A stretch of 64,000 nucleotides of DNA from Cetorhinus maximus (Eukaryota): NCBI RefSeq assembly GCF_964194155.1, contig NC_135888.1, positions 108,500,001 to 108,564,000 on the forward strand, read 5' to 3'. Position numbers and translations under genes: made by a program. Position 1 is the first letter of the stretch, and each line of letters starts with the position of its first letter. A model generated the notes under the pieces. That model searched no databases and was not told where the DNA came from. It worked only from the letters and a program-made list of their open reading frames with translations. Of this stretch, positions 11,901-23,330 are shown piece by piece.

Positions 11901-13311
11901 TAACCAGCTTAACTCACCATATCACCGGATGGGCCTGATGTCTGCTCCTGACCTAATTAAACTTGCCAGCAGCAGGAATGGCGATGGGGAACTGGCATGC
12001 TGACTGGAGACACTATTTCCTATGCCTGTCTGCCTCCGTTCCTGTCCCCAGTGGAACCTAAAAATTAGACCCTATGTCAATGATGCTATATAAATGCAAA
12101 CTGTTGTTGTTGAATTTAATAAGCTATCAGTTATGTAGAATTCAAAGTTTGATCTCCAGAAGCTTTGTAGTATAACCTGACATATTAGGTTAATAGCAGT
12201 CCAGCCTGATTAACATATCGATCTGATTTTATTTAAAATTAATCAAATCTTTGTGTGAATTAAATTCAGAGCACTGGTTAATAGCCTATGCCTGACAAAG
12301 TATCAATTTTAATCTCAAAGTTTTATAAATGTAGTTTCCTGAATCTTAAGTTATTAATTAAAATATGAAGTTGTTAATGGCAATACAATATTAACCCTTT
12401 ACATTTCCTGCACCTTTCCCTGTGGTCCAAAGTCAAATGGTATATATTAACTTGGTTTGATAAGTGTAGGGATGGAACAGAGCCTATAAATTCTCTAATA
12501 ATAATCTCTGTTCCACTGCATATTGATAACAGTCACTGAATTTGTTGTAAATTGGTAAATTGATCCAAATTGGTTTGTAGCGGTGACTCAGCCATATAGT
12601 TTTGTATTTATAGAAAGGCATTTTGTTTTATTACTGAATCTCTGTTTTCAAAGTGAAGGATGTTGATACTAGACATTGAAATACCTGCTATTTTTGTCAC
12701 AGTGTTGGGTATAACATGAGTTCAATACAGAACCAAGTTTCCTTCTACCGCCTCTTTTAACCAAAAGGACAATATTTCAGAAATCCACTAGCATGTATTT
12801 TTTCACTGCAATTTCACAGGGTGATGTTACCAATTTGTGCCAAATTATGGCAATTTTGTGCTCTGAATTTTTGTGGATTTGCCCAAATCTATTACAGATG
12901 GGACATTTACAGCTGGATGAAAATGGAAAATTACATCTCATCTGTCTGGGCTGAATTGAACCAAGGTCCCAGGAGTGAAAAAGGACATTTGCTAACCTGC
13001 TATGTGACTCTGTCCTCTTGATCTCGATATATGATGATGCATTGATACCACACAATCAGGACAAGTAAATGAGCACATTTATTCAATTAATGTTGTTAAA
13101 ATCAGAATAAAATGTGTAGTCCACCATGTGTTTTGTCTGCATTCTTTTTATACAATATGTATCAAGATAATCAAATAATTGCCTTTTTTTCCTTTTTTTT
13201 AAAAATGCAGTGACTTATAGTAGAATACCTTGATGCTATTTGTTTTATAAGCAGAGTATCCGCAAGCTATCTAACTATTGGGGATTCAAAGCTGAAGTTA
13301 GTTATCTGTCT

Positions 13312-13702
13312 TTTGCTCAGTGGTAGCACTCTCGCCTGAACCAGAAGGTTGTCATTTCAAGAGACTTGAGCACATCATCTAGGATGACACTTCAAACTAG
13401 GCAAACTGAAGCCACATATTCCCCCTCAAGCACACATGAAAGATCCTGCGGCACCATGCAAAAAACAATAGGTGAGTTCTTCCCAGTGTTTTTGCCAATA
13501 TTTATCCCTTCACCAATATCATCAAGACCGATTATCTAGCCAATTTCGTATTGCTATTTATGGAAGTTTCCTGTGTGCAAATTGTCTAATATGTTACAGT
13601 GTATTACAACAGTGAATATACTTCAAAAATGTTTCATTGGATGGTAAGTACTTTGGGTTGTCTGAAGTTTTAATAGGCGCTATATAAGCGCAAGTCTTTC
13701 TT
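13312..13702 (+). mobile_element. tRNA-derived SINE with Deu-like core and L2-type tail
   Basis: A-box gctcagtggtagcactctcgcc, core ccaatatttatccct...tgtgtgcaaattg, tail ggcgctatataagcgcaagtctttc. Confidence 0.75.
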
Positions 13703-14499
13703 CCATCCAATGCTTTCACATTCACATTCTGACTGAGGTCGAAGGATAATAATCAGTTCAAAAGCTGCCTGATACTTTCCCATCTCTTAGCCCCAGCAAT
13801 ATTGAGATAATTAGTATGGATGCAGTTGCCTAGGATCAACGAACTCAACACAGAGCAGATCCTTCCTGGTTTGCCTGGTTCCAAACCATATGGCTCATGC
13901 ACTGTGCCACTGGTGGAAGTTCCAATAACAAAGTAAACTTTTATTTAGTTTATTATTTAAAAAGCAACAATTTCCTTTCTGGCTACCATGACTCTACACA
14001 TCCTTACATATGCACACCAGTCAGGGCAGCCACTTGTGACAGAGATTGTGCAATTTTAAAATTGCTCGCTAGTCATCCATCCCAGCTTGAGTCATTAATA
14101 TTGGGGAGTGAGGGGGAGGGGGGTGGGTTAGACAATAAAAATGGAGGCAAATACACAAAGTACCATAGCAAGTTTACACAATCAAATGCAGAGTTGAAAA
14201 TAAAACTATCGAAATTTGGGTTGAGAGTAAATCCTTGAAATCAGTAAAATTTCAGCATACCTGCCAATGGACATTTAGATGGTTTATGAATCAATAACCG
14301 AATATATTATGCATAATAGGTGACAATTTTTTGGAAAAATATACTTTATTCGTAAAATACCTGAAAGAACATTACAACACATTTCAAAATGGCCATCACA
14401 AAAAGTGCAATGGTCTTCAACTTTTCCACATAGAGAGCTTCAATACAATCAATGAACATCGCAGGCATTTCAATATGGTCATTACAGACAGTCAGGCAG

Positions 14500-14700
14500 T
14501 GCAATGTGGATAGCAGAAGGTGCGACTTAACCAGTCCGCTCTCGTGTCCTGAATCATTGAGCTTCAAGTCATCAAGGACTGACCCTAACGCCAGCGCCAG
14601 GTATTGGCTACGGGGCGGGCTATATGCAAATACAGAGTCGCGCAAGGCTCCGCAGTCATTGGTTGGAAAGGACTCGTGGGTGTGTCAGCGCTGTGTAGCG
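14500..14700 (+). promoter_or_regulatory. CpG-rich Pol II promoter of an unidentified host gene
   Basis: Clustered inverted CCAAT (14603, 14658), GC box ggggcggg (14612) and octamer ATGCAAAT (14624). CpG density is visibly raised from about 14450 to 17800 in non-repeat DNA. Confidence 0.6.
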
Positions 14701-14938
14701 TGTTGGCATAAAGATGAGCAGGAGAGGTGGGAGTTGTTGGTGCCGGCGATGCAAAGCGTGGTGCTAATGCTGATGGTAATACCGATCCTGAGCCCAAAGC
14801 AGGTCGTTCACCGCCCACAGTTCTGTGTTGATCGCGACACACTCCTTTTGGACAACAAACGAGGAATCTTTGACATTGGCTTTTCCTCAGTTGTGACTGC
14901 ACGTCTCGGATTTCTCCAGTGACTGCGGGCTGTTGCAG
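14680..14938 (+). other. Probable non-coding first exon (start approximate)
   Basis: Lies directly downstream of the promoter motifs and ends at CAG|GTAAAA (14938/14939). Confidence 0.45.
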
Positions 14939-17900
14939 GTAAAACTCAGTCAATGCAAGTGTCACCGCTGCATCTGTTTTTTTTTCCCCCTGCGTTGTGG
15001 TTTAACGTGTTACTGTTACTCTATCGGAGCAAATTGTCACAATAGATTGCCATGTTTTAACCACCAGAGAACCTTTCTTTGACTTTATTGGACCCGAGAC
15101 TGAGTGGAGCACTTGGAAAGGATAATATTTCTAAAGTCTAACTCTAAGCAGTTTTGATTCTCAACAGGACAGTGGAAACGCTTCTCTGAGCATTTAAACT
15201 ACAGAGGACACTGCACTGCAGGCCATTCGGCCCACGGTGCCTGTGACGGCACTTAGAACAATCGAAATAGTCCCATTCCCCTGAAATAGTTAATTAAAGA
15301 GGAACCTCTTGTCTATAAAACTGTTTTTTTTCAGGATTGCTATATTGCTGTAAACAGTCTTCAGAAAGATGTTAAAAATGACTTCAATCTTATTTACTTA
15401 GAAATGTATATTAAAACCTGGCCGTGATCCTAGGTGATTGATATAATACGCGGCAGGAACGGCACTGCAGTTGCTGTCTGTTGGAACTCGGCTGTCTAAT
15501 TATTAGTTCTGGCTCTGTCTTTAGATCCTGTGACTTGGACTTTTTTGAAAATACACGACGTTGAACCAGCGTCCTGGGTTTTTATCCAGCTGCTCCCAGC
15601 AATGTGCCACCGATGGATTTAAACTATCTCAGATATTGTGGCGAAGCCATCGTGTCTTCGTACTTTTCTTTTATTCATGTACGGGATGCCGGCATCGCTG
15701 GCTGGACCAGCATTTATTACCCATCCCTTGTACAACGAAGCTCTAATGAAATAGAGCTTCAACATTAATGCATGTGTGCACATCCCAGTCTGGTGTAGGA
15801 CAATCATTGTCCTAAAAGCAACGTCCTTAGAGAGAGAAAATAATCGGAAGAACTTCGAAGATACCCTGCCCTATCGAAAATCGAAGTTGAGTCGCGATTT
15901 CTGGCGGACCAGACGCATGTATCTATCCCCCAGCAAGCTGGCTGAAAACAGCAGAGTTTAACATTCATCATTCGATTATCAACTGGCCCCAGGGAATGCA
16001 GTAACTTTTCTGTCTATCATGTCCCCAGTGTTTCAGTTTAATAATAGATGCGATGGTGAATACCATTTCTACATTTTAATATCTGTTAATGAGCTGTGAG
16101 AGTTCTTCTGTGTTTTGTACAACTTTTAAAAAGAAAGTGTTTTAGTCCCACCAAAGGATTAAAGGAACAGCCTTTCAAGGGATTGACGTTTCCTTTCCAG
16201 TCCTTTGATCGATGGGCTGCGGTTAATGTTACTCGCACTTTTGGGGATGCTGTACTTTGGCGAAGCAATTCTCCGATACGTGCGCAGAAACTGGCGCAAT
16301 ACCGGTTTGCACCCGGAGTTTCCTGTGCAGAAAATTGCCCTAAAGAGTATTGGCGGAGCAAGTTAAGGAGACGAACCAAATTAAAATAAAAGGGGGTCAG
16401 GTATTCCATTATTTACGGGACTGAGTGGACATCTTGTCTGCAGATATGATCTCAATCCCAACAGCAAAGGAATAACTAGAATGACATGCGATATGTAAAA
16501 TCAAATTAGTCATGAACGCATTAATTTGAATATTAAGAAAACCTGCAATCAGTTTGAACTTATTCACCTATTTGAGAGAGGTTTTTTTCAGTAAGATTAG
16601 TCAAGTGTTTCACGTGTAGGCGAATTTGATTTTGAATATTTTAGGTCATCAGTTAAATAGGTCCTGCTGGGTTAATTGTTACAGTTCCAAGGTAATATTC
16701 CTTCAAGCAACACGTGTGGATCACAATTCAGCGTGTTATGCCCACCGCACCAAGTCTGAGTGAGTATTTCAGTAGGTGAGCTGTCTATTGAAATTTACAT
16801 TCAGAACTGGGTTGGTGTAACAGCCAAAGACCTACTATAGGTTTTTGTTTTGGACGGGGTGGGTTACTAAATGAAAGTAGTGGCTTGGTGGAGCCAAGCA
16901 GTTAAGGCAGTGTTGAGTAGTTGCAGCAAGGCTGTGCGCCAGTTCATACAGCTCTTGCGAGGCTATTGGAACGCAAATGAGCTGTCTTCGGATATCAGTG
17001 CTGAAATGTACACTCGGCTCCAGTTCAGTTAGATCAGTTCCCGCTTCAACAGCCCAACTGTCCATAGTCAGACTGAACACAGACACACTGCCATTGATTA
17101 TTGAAACAAGACATTTACATTAAATTGCCACCCCAAGTCAACGATTGCGAGAGCTATGGACCTTTGTGTAAGGGTATCTGTAGGTTTATGTGTATATCCA
17201 TGTAAATGTACATCTGAATGCGAAATGTGTTGTTGGAAGAACATTTATGCGGAGCAACGTGAGGAGAGATGGCCGAGAGGCCGAAGTGGATAAAATATCA
17301 GACCTGTGCCCACGATCCTGAATTGGACGTGAGTCACCATTCGATTGTGACTCTCGAACTCAGAAGCCAATGTCATTTTACTCCACTTTGAAAATCGTTA
17401 CCATCTTCCAACAGCCTCCTCCCTTCCAGAACACAGTCTTTCAAATCAAGTGGGGTGTGTTTTAGTCTTTTTTCATGACTGACCACAATAAAAGAATTTC
17501 AGTGTTATTTGACAATTTTCTACAACTAAAAGGGGGACGGCACTGGATTCCTTTGTCTTAGTACGTTCCCGCAACAAATAGAGAACAATATTAATTTGAC
17601 GTACAGTTTTCTTTTCATATTCCACATGATTTAATACTTCTACCCACCGTTTGGCAAACCTGGTTCCTCGGCAGCTCATGAACTAAAGTCCCGATGCTGT
17701 GGCGTTCAGTGGTGCCATTTAGTGGAGACAGACTGGGGAGCTTCCTGGTAACCAGGCAGCGATGGTTTGCCAATGTTTATTTTAAATTATTTTAATAGCC
17801 CAGAATCAATTCTATTAACGCTGCTTTTATTGCTAAGTTAAATGTAATAATTACATTACAAGATATTGGAGACCTGTTTTGGGGTGCTAACATCATCGTT

Positions 17901-19023
17901 GTTGCTAGTTGCAGTCTGCACGTTTTATTTAAATACCAACTATAGCCAGACAAACCGTGTAAAACAATCTGTTTGTCACAAAAAATAACAAATTCATTCT
18001 CTGCAGTCTTTACACTGAGACCAGAATATGTTGATACTCAGTCGGACTATTCACCTCATTGCTCAACCATTTTCAATGTGATTGGGCTTTCAATGGGTGA
18101 TCCATTGAATGATTTTGATGTTCCAGAGTGAAGCTAAGTAGCAGGTTAATCTGCTAATTCTCAGAAGTCTGAGGCATCAGTGCTGTATTTTTGTAATAAG
18201 TTTTTCTGCTGTGGGGTGCTCTTGTGAACACAAATTGAAACAAGAGAATTTAGGCCTCCATGGACTGTTGGGAGAAAGATTATTTTCACATAGTAGCTGG
18301 GAGGTGTACGAGTGTTGAGAGGGCACTTTAAGTATTGAAGGTCTATCGTCTTCATGAAGTTTTTGGCAAATCTATTTTGTTTACACACAGACAATGGTGG
18401 CATCATTCTTGTCGAAACCCATACATGTATCACTTGTGTTATTGTGGCAAATGACATGACCTTCCTAGTTTTTCTCTCCACACCCTCTCCTCTCTGAAAA
18501 TGCTTTCTCATTAAACTATTTTAACAGCTGTGCCCCAGTCATCAGCATGTCACACATACATGTCTCAGCAGGGCTCAGTCATCAGGAATCAGAAATCTAG
18601 CTTGTTACCCCCTCCTCCTATGCTGAAGCCAATTACAGTGATCCCACTGCTCCTCTCACTGAGCACTGTTGAGAAGAATGAACGACCACCACTGAAGTTT
18701 AGTTGGAAAAGGTTTACCTCTTGTTATGTGACTCACATCACAGCATATTATGCTCCTTAGTTGCTGCATCATTGTGCAGCATTTATCTCACCTATTGCAA
18801 TCATCATCTTCCGCAATCCTCTCTTTACATAACCATTAACTGTTTTGTACGTCAGAGATGCTTACCATAAATTAGTTTATACTGTTCACCAGGCAATGAT
18901 TTAACTTAATCAAGCCACTTAACTCTTTTTATATTCAAAAGATGTGATCAATCATGTTAGTAACTCTGACTGGAGATACAACTGCAAAATAGTCACTTAG
19001 ATACTCAGCTTTTAATGCAAACT

Positions 19024-19056
19024 TGTGTGTGTGTGTGTGTGTGTGTGCGTGTGTGT
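19024..19056. repeat. (GT)n microsatellite
   Basis: About 16 TG units with one substitution. Confidence 0.95.
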
Positions 19057-20699
19057 ATCAGAGTGATATAGTGTGTATGTATATATATCACTTTTAATGA
19101 GGACCAACACCTTGAAGCACTTCAGTCAGGAAGAAAGGAACCTTAGAGTGAGAATTATAAGAGGTGATGGAAAGCATGGCTGAGGCAATAGGTTTTCAAA
19201 AGGCTTTTAAAGACAGAAAGGCAGAGGGGTTTAGGCCACAATGAAGGGCATGGAGTTGGCCAAGAGAAAGTGGGTGAGATAATGGAATTAGAGAATTTTT
19301 AAAAATATGCCACATATATACCTTTATATGTGCCCATAAGCATTTTATGACAATTTTGGTAGAATGGAGAAATATAATCTCCATTTATTTTGGTGCACTG
19401 TAGCCATATTGACTTTAAAACCTTTTTAGAACTGAAAAAAATGGACTTTTACATCAAAACATATAGAAGATGTGTGTCATGGCCACTGGTGTAAAAAAAA
19501 ATTAAGTTCAGTTAGAACAGACCCTATGCTTCAATAATACCATTGGATTATATATTGGCATCAGCATAAATTATAATGCAAGTTATCAAATATTAGGATT
19601 TAAATTTTATTGAGAAATATGTTAGTAGCTACCAAGGAGTGTTCTGAATGTTTCTGCCTGCATTAAGTTCGCACACATCAAACCCATCATTGTCACACCC
19701 AGAGGCTTCTTATGCTGCAGTGAATCAATTTTACCATTGCCAAGATACTAGCTTCGCCCTAGCTGAATATCTACTCCAGTCGTGCATCTCTGTTCGCACC
19801 CTGTGTTTCTCTGGTCCAGGTTTACTGTTCATTCCCTGCTCCGTCTGCCATGTCATCAGACCTTATTTTTTCAGTAATTCTCTCTAAACCCACTCCTTGC
19901 CAAATCCCTGCAGAGAAAGCACCATAAGCTCAGCTTCTTCCCAACTCTTCACTTTCCTGTAAATGATAATTATTTTACCTGTATAATATTATCATTTTAT
20001 TTGGTCAGCTTGGCATCTGATACACAGTTAATCATCATATTTATGAATCCACAAATCAAACAATGGAGTAATTCACATCAGTAGGGCTTTTGGTTACATA
20101 TGAATTCTAGGTCAAACTTCACCTCTTTAGACTAACCTATATTCACTCATATCTCTGTGACATTCGCTACTCCTCTCACTCTCTGATATTCAGCATCCTT
20201 CTGGATCTATAACATTCTCCATTCCTTAATTTCTGTGCTATTCATTCTTCCTGCAATCACTGCTCTTGTCATTTTGTGTAATCAGCCTATTTGACCAATC
20301 CAGAGAAAGATTAATGCATGGGCCTAAAGGGTCCAGCCAAATGTATGGCAATACCACATTTCTGTGCTATTATGCAGCCCTCAGTACAACCCGCTTGTAC
20401 TTTAATGGAGTGTGTTAGAAGTGAAGTTGTCTGGAGGGATCATGAATGTACTTGATTCCCAGGCCTGACACTTGAAGGGTGATTCTCTGTCACAAAACTG
20501 TGCTGGCGCAGCAGTCTGCAATCTTGATATTAGCTAGTTCTGTACTTCACAGGCTACTGCATTCTGTTCCACTTTGCCAGCTGCTGTTGGTTCTATTTCA
20601 GACCTGCCTTGCCTACCGCACCCTCCCTGCCACATCCTTATCTATTCACGTTTTTACTGACTCTTAAGTGCCTTTTTTTAGTCATGCTTCTTCTTATCA

Positions 20700-20975
20700 T
20701 TTTGTCTTATTATCAATTTGGCCTTTTAACCATGTTCTGCTTTACTTTTTAGCACTTTACAAGTTATGCTACTGCCGTTAACACATATGCCTATATCCAC
20801 CCCCCTCCCCTCTCTTTTGTTCGATTCCTTTTTAAATGCAGTTCATTGTAATTTTTCTCCAGTTCGGATAAAGGCTTATACCTGAAACATTAACTTGTCT
20901 GGTCTTCCCCAGATGCTGTCACCAGCTGCATGTTTCCAGCATTTTGGTTTTGTTACATATTTCTGAATTGTGCAG
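20700..20975 (+). mobile_element. Old Penelope-like 3' fragment with degenerate hammerhead motif
   Basis: agttcggataaaggcttatacctgaaacattaact...cagatgctg..ccagctgcatgtttccagcattttggtttt, homologous to the reverse complement of 1655-1790. Confidence 0.55.
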
Positions 20976-21834
20976 CTTTTAGCTCTTTAAGTAAAATTTC
21001 AGTTTGCCTAAGGTGGAAATGCACACTTTCTCTCTACAAGGTCATAGCCTGTTTAAGCCAGGTGCTGACTGGATAGGCTTAGCTTTGCATTGATATACAG
21101 TTGAAATTAATCAGTTGAAACTCCTATGCAATTTACTAGCATTGGCGTACAGGTGCTTACACAGGCAGGAACACACTCCCTGTATGTCAGCACCGTACTC
21201 TGTGTTATGTCTGTGGCTTATTTTTATCTGGATCGGAGTGAGAAAAAACTCAGTCTTCAGATACAGGTCTACCTTTTCAGGTCCCCAGATACTAGACATC
21301 AACAGCGTTGTGGAGTACTGCAGACTTGACTAGCAAAGATTACTGAGCTTTATGCTGAAAACAAGGATGCATTTTTGATTTCCTAAAAGAATTGATTAAT
21401 ATGAGCAGTGTCATCACATGTTTATGTGTTCTCATGACCTCAGCAGGGCACCTGCCAGTATGTTGTTAATCTATTTAGTGAGTCTGAAGAACTCATAAGG
21501 AGGAGGGTTTTTTTTTGTTTAAAATTAGATAACTGGGATTTCTACAAATGTTCCCCTGGTCTCCTACTGAAGCAGAGGATCAGCAGAAATGTTGGAGAAA
21601 AGGTGAAAACTGGTTTACTATAATTTTCCCAGGGTTTTTGCTGATCTTCCATCAACATCATGGTATAAAATTTGGAGATCCACGTAGAAATTTTCCTCAG
21701 GAATGAATTGCACCACTGTACTATGACATATATTTGCTCCGAGATTTATTATAGAGCCAAAACATGAAATACATTTCAAAACTGATATTCCGATATTATT
21801 AATTCTATGTACAATCCTCACCTTGACTGAATGA

Positions 21835-22208
21835 TACTGCACTCACCTCTGAGCCGGAAGGTCCTGGCTTCAAGGCCCATGATGTAAACAGATCATTTAG
21901 GCTGATGCCTCAGTGCAGTACTGAGTGCTGCATTGTTGGAGGTGCCATCTTTTGAAAGAGATGTCTTCAGGTGAATGTAAAAGAACATGTGGCATTTTTT
22001 TCAAGGGAAACTGCAGGGAGTTCTCCTGTTGTCCTCTCCAAAATTCAACCCTCAATCAATGATATGAGGCTCATTGGTTGGCCATTGATCATATTACCAT
22101 TTATTGATTCTTACTTGTGTAAATTGACTGTTGTATTAGCTTGGAAAGAAATTAATTGGCTGTGAAATACAGATTGGGATGTGTTATATAAAAATAAGTG
22201 TATTCTTT
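21835..22208 (+). mobile_element. Deu-type tRNA SINE (decayed)
   Basis: cactcacctctgagccggaagg..ttcaag..ggctgatgcctcagtgcagtactgag..ttctcctgttgtcc..tgtgtaaattg. Confidence 0.7.
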
Positions 22209-22488
22209 TACACGGCAGTGAAATTTTGTTTCAGTAATACTGAAATCTTCTGATGTTCTCCTTCCGTAGGATTTTCAAGATGGCAGCGCTCATAGTACCT
22301 TTCACAACCTTAGGGTGTTCCAAAGCACTTTACAACAGTGACTCCAAAAGCACTGCATTGATTTTAATGTAGAAGAAGCTACATAATAGGAGTCAATGGA
22401 GAATTTGTGCAGCTTATCCACAAAATATAATGACATAGCATATAGAAATTGCTCTGAAGAGTGAGATGATCAAAATACAGGACTTACT

Positions 22489-22658
22489 GTGGTAAATTTT
22501 AACTTGCACCGGACAGGAAACTGGCAGGAGCAAATTGGCTGCAGGTTGCACACCCTGATTTTCCTTTTCATTGACGTCAGTAGGAAGGAGATTCAAACAG
22601 AACATATAATTCCTTATCAGAGATCACCTGTTTTCCACCACTGCCCTAAAATTAGCCC
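22489..22658. mobile_element. Palindromic Harbinger-type MITE
   Basis: Ends gtggtaaatttt / aaaattagccc with a central cattgacgtcagt quasi-palindrome. Confidence 0.5.
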
Positions 22659-23204
22659 TGTTGTCTCTTTCACTAGGTGCAGTGCATGGGCATCACATAT
22701 TCCATTGCTGACTTGTCATTTTAACTTGCAACTAACTAGATAACAAAAATTCTGATAGATACAAAATAGATTCTTTATTCCATAAGATTTCCTGGCAAAT
22801 ATCCACTATATGCATTGCAAATTACGTTAATATAAAATCTGAGTTTTGTCAAAATAATAATGCCGTGAAAACCTTCATTTTGTTGCCTATTCCCATTATC
22901 GTACCAAAATGTTCTGAGTTTCCAATTACAATATTATTTATATGCTTAGTTTTCACACTCCCGATGGAATGTCCAGCATTTGATATTGGGCCTTGTAAAG
23001 CTATTATTAACTACTTATGTATGGTTAATACTATAATGTATGTTTAATGTGTCAACTATGTCTAAACGCACAATCTTCATGGTAAACAGCTATTACAGAA
23101 GACATTAAGATAAGCTAATCAAGGCAAGTTTCACTAAAAAGAAAATCTTGGAAAGAGTAACAATGAGTGACAATTGTTATCTTGTTTCTGACAGACTTGA
23201 TCCA

Positions 23205-23330
23205 ATGAAGTCCAATGTGCCGTGGTCATTTCTTTCCTTGCTTGGGTTATGCTTGTTGATGGCAGAAGGATGGTTGGAAAAGAAAACGGCTAGAAAGCTT
23301 TATCTACGTGGAGTCTCACTCCCGCAAGAG
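23205..23330 (+). CDS. Candidate first coding exon of host gene (MKSNVPWSFLSLLGLCLLMAEGWLEKKTARKLYLRGVSLPQE), product unknown
   Basis: Acceptor ttatcttgtttctgacAG at 23194, ATGs at 23205 and 23259 in one open frame, and a phase-0 donor GAG|GTAATA at 23330. Unique, non-repeat context. Confidence 0.45.

Larger units (their letters stand above)
1199..12072. mobile_element. Old PIF/Harbinger transposon H0 (Myb/SANT gene on +, transposase remnant on -), hosting nested elements
   Basis: Imperfect TIRs gggcctgacttt / aaaattagaccc with a 3-bp TSD TAC/TAT. A Myb-like remnant lies at about 1500-1965 and a transposase remnant at about 10920-11900 on the - strand. Confidence 0.7.
1..12112 (+). mobile_element. 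L2-type LINE 3' end split into three pieces (1-99, 1100-1198, 12073-12112) by nested insertions
   Basis: The pieces join into a continuous L2-like tail: ctctggaattctctccct...tttaagac / tttggtcacctgtc...cttggaatgttttcctac / gtcaatgatgctatataaatgcaaactgttgttgttg. Confidence 0.7.

Noticed and set aside
14452-14922. 156-aa ORF as a protein-coding gene
   Set aside because: It spans the promoter motifs, has no recognisable domain, and long ORFs are expected by chance in GC-rich DNA.
16860-17100. Possible ancient SINE or ncRNA in the CpG-rich zone
   Set aside because: Only a weak A-box-like start, with no B-box or tail that I could confirm.
21280-21460. Possible exon after ccttttcAG
   Set aside because: All three frames stop early. 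It could be UTR, but nothing supports that.
22255-22330. Acceptor plus aagATGGCAGCG start-like exon
   Set aside because: It runs immediately into an antisense SINE/L2 tail and no convincing donor follows.
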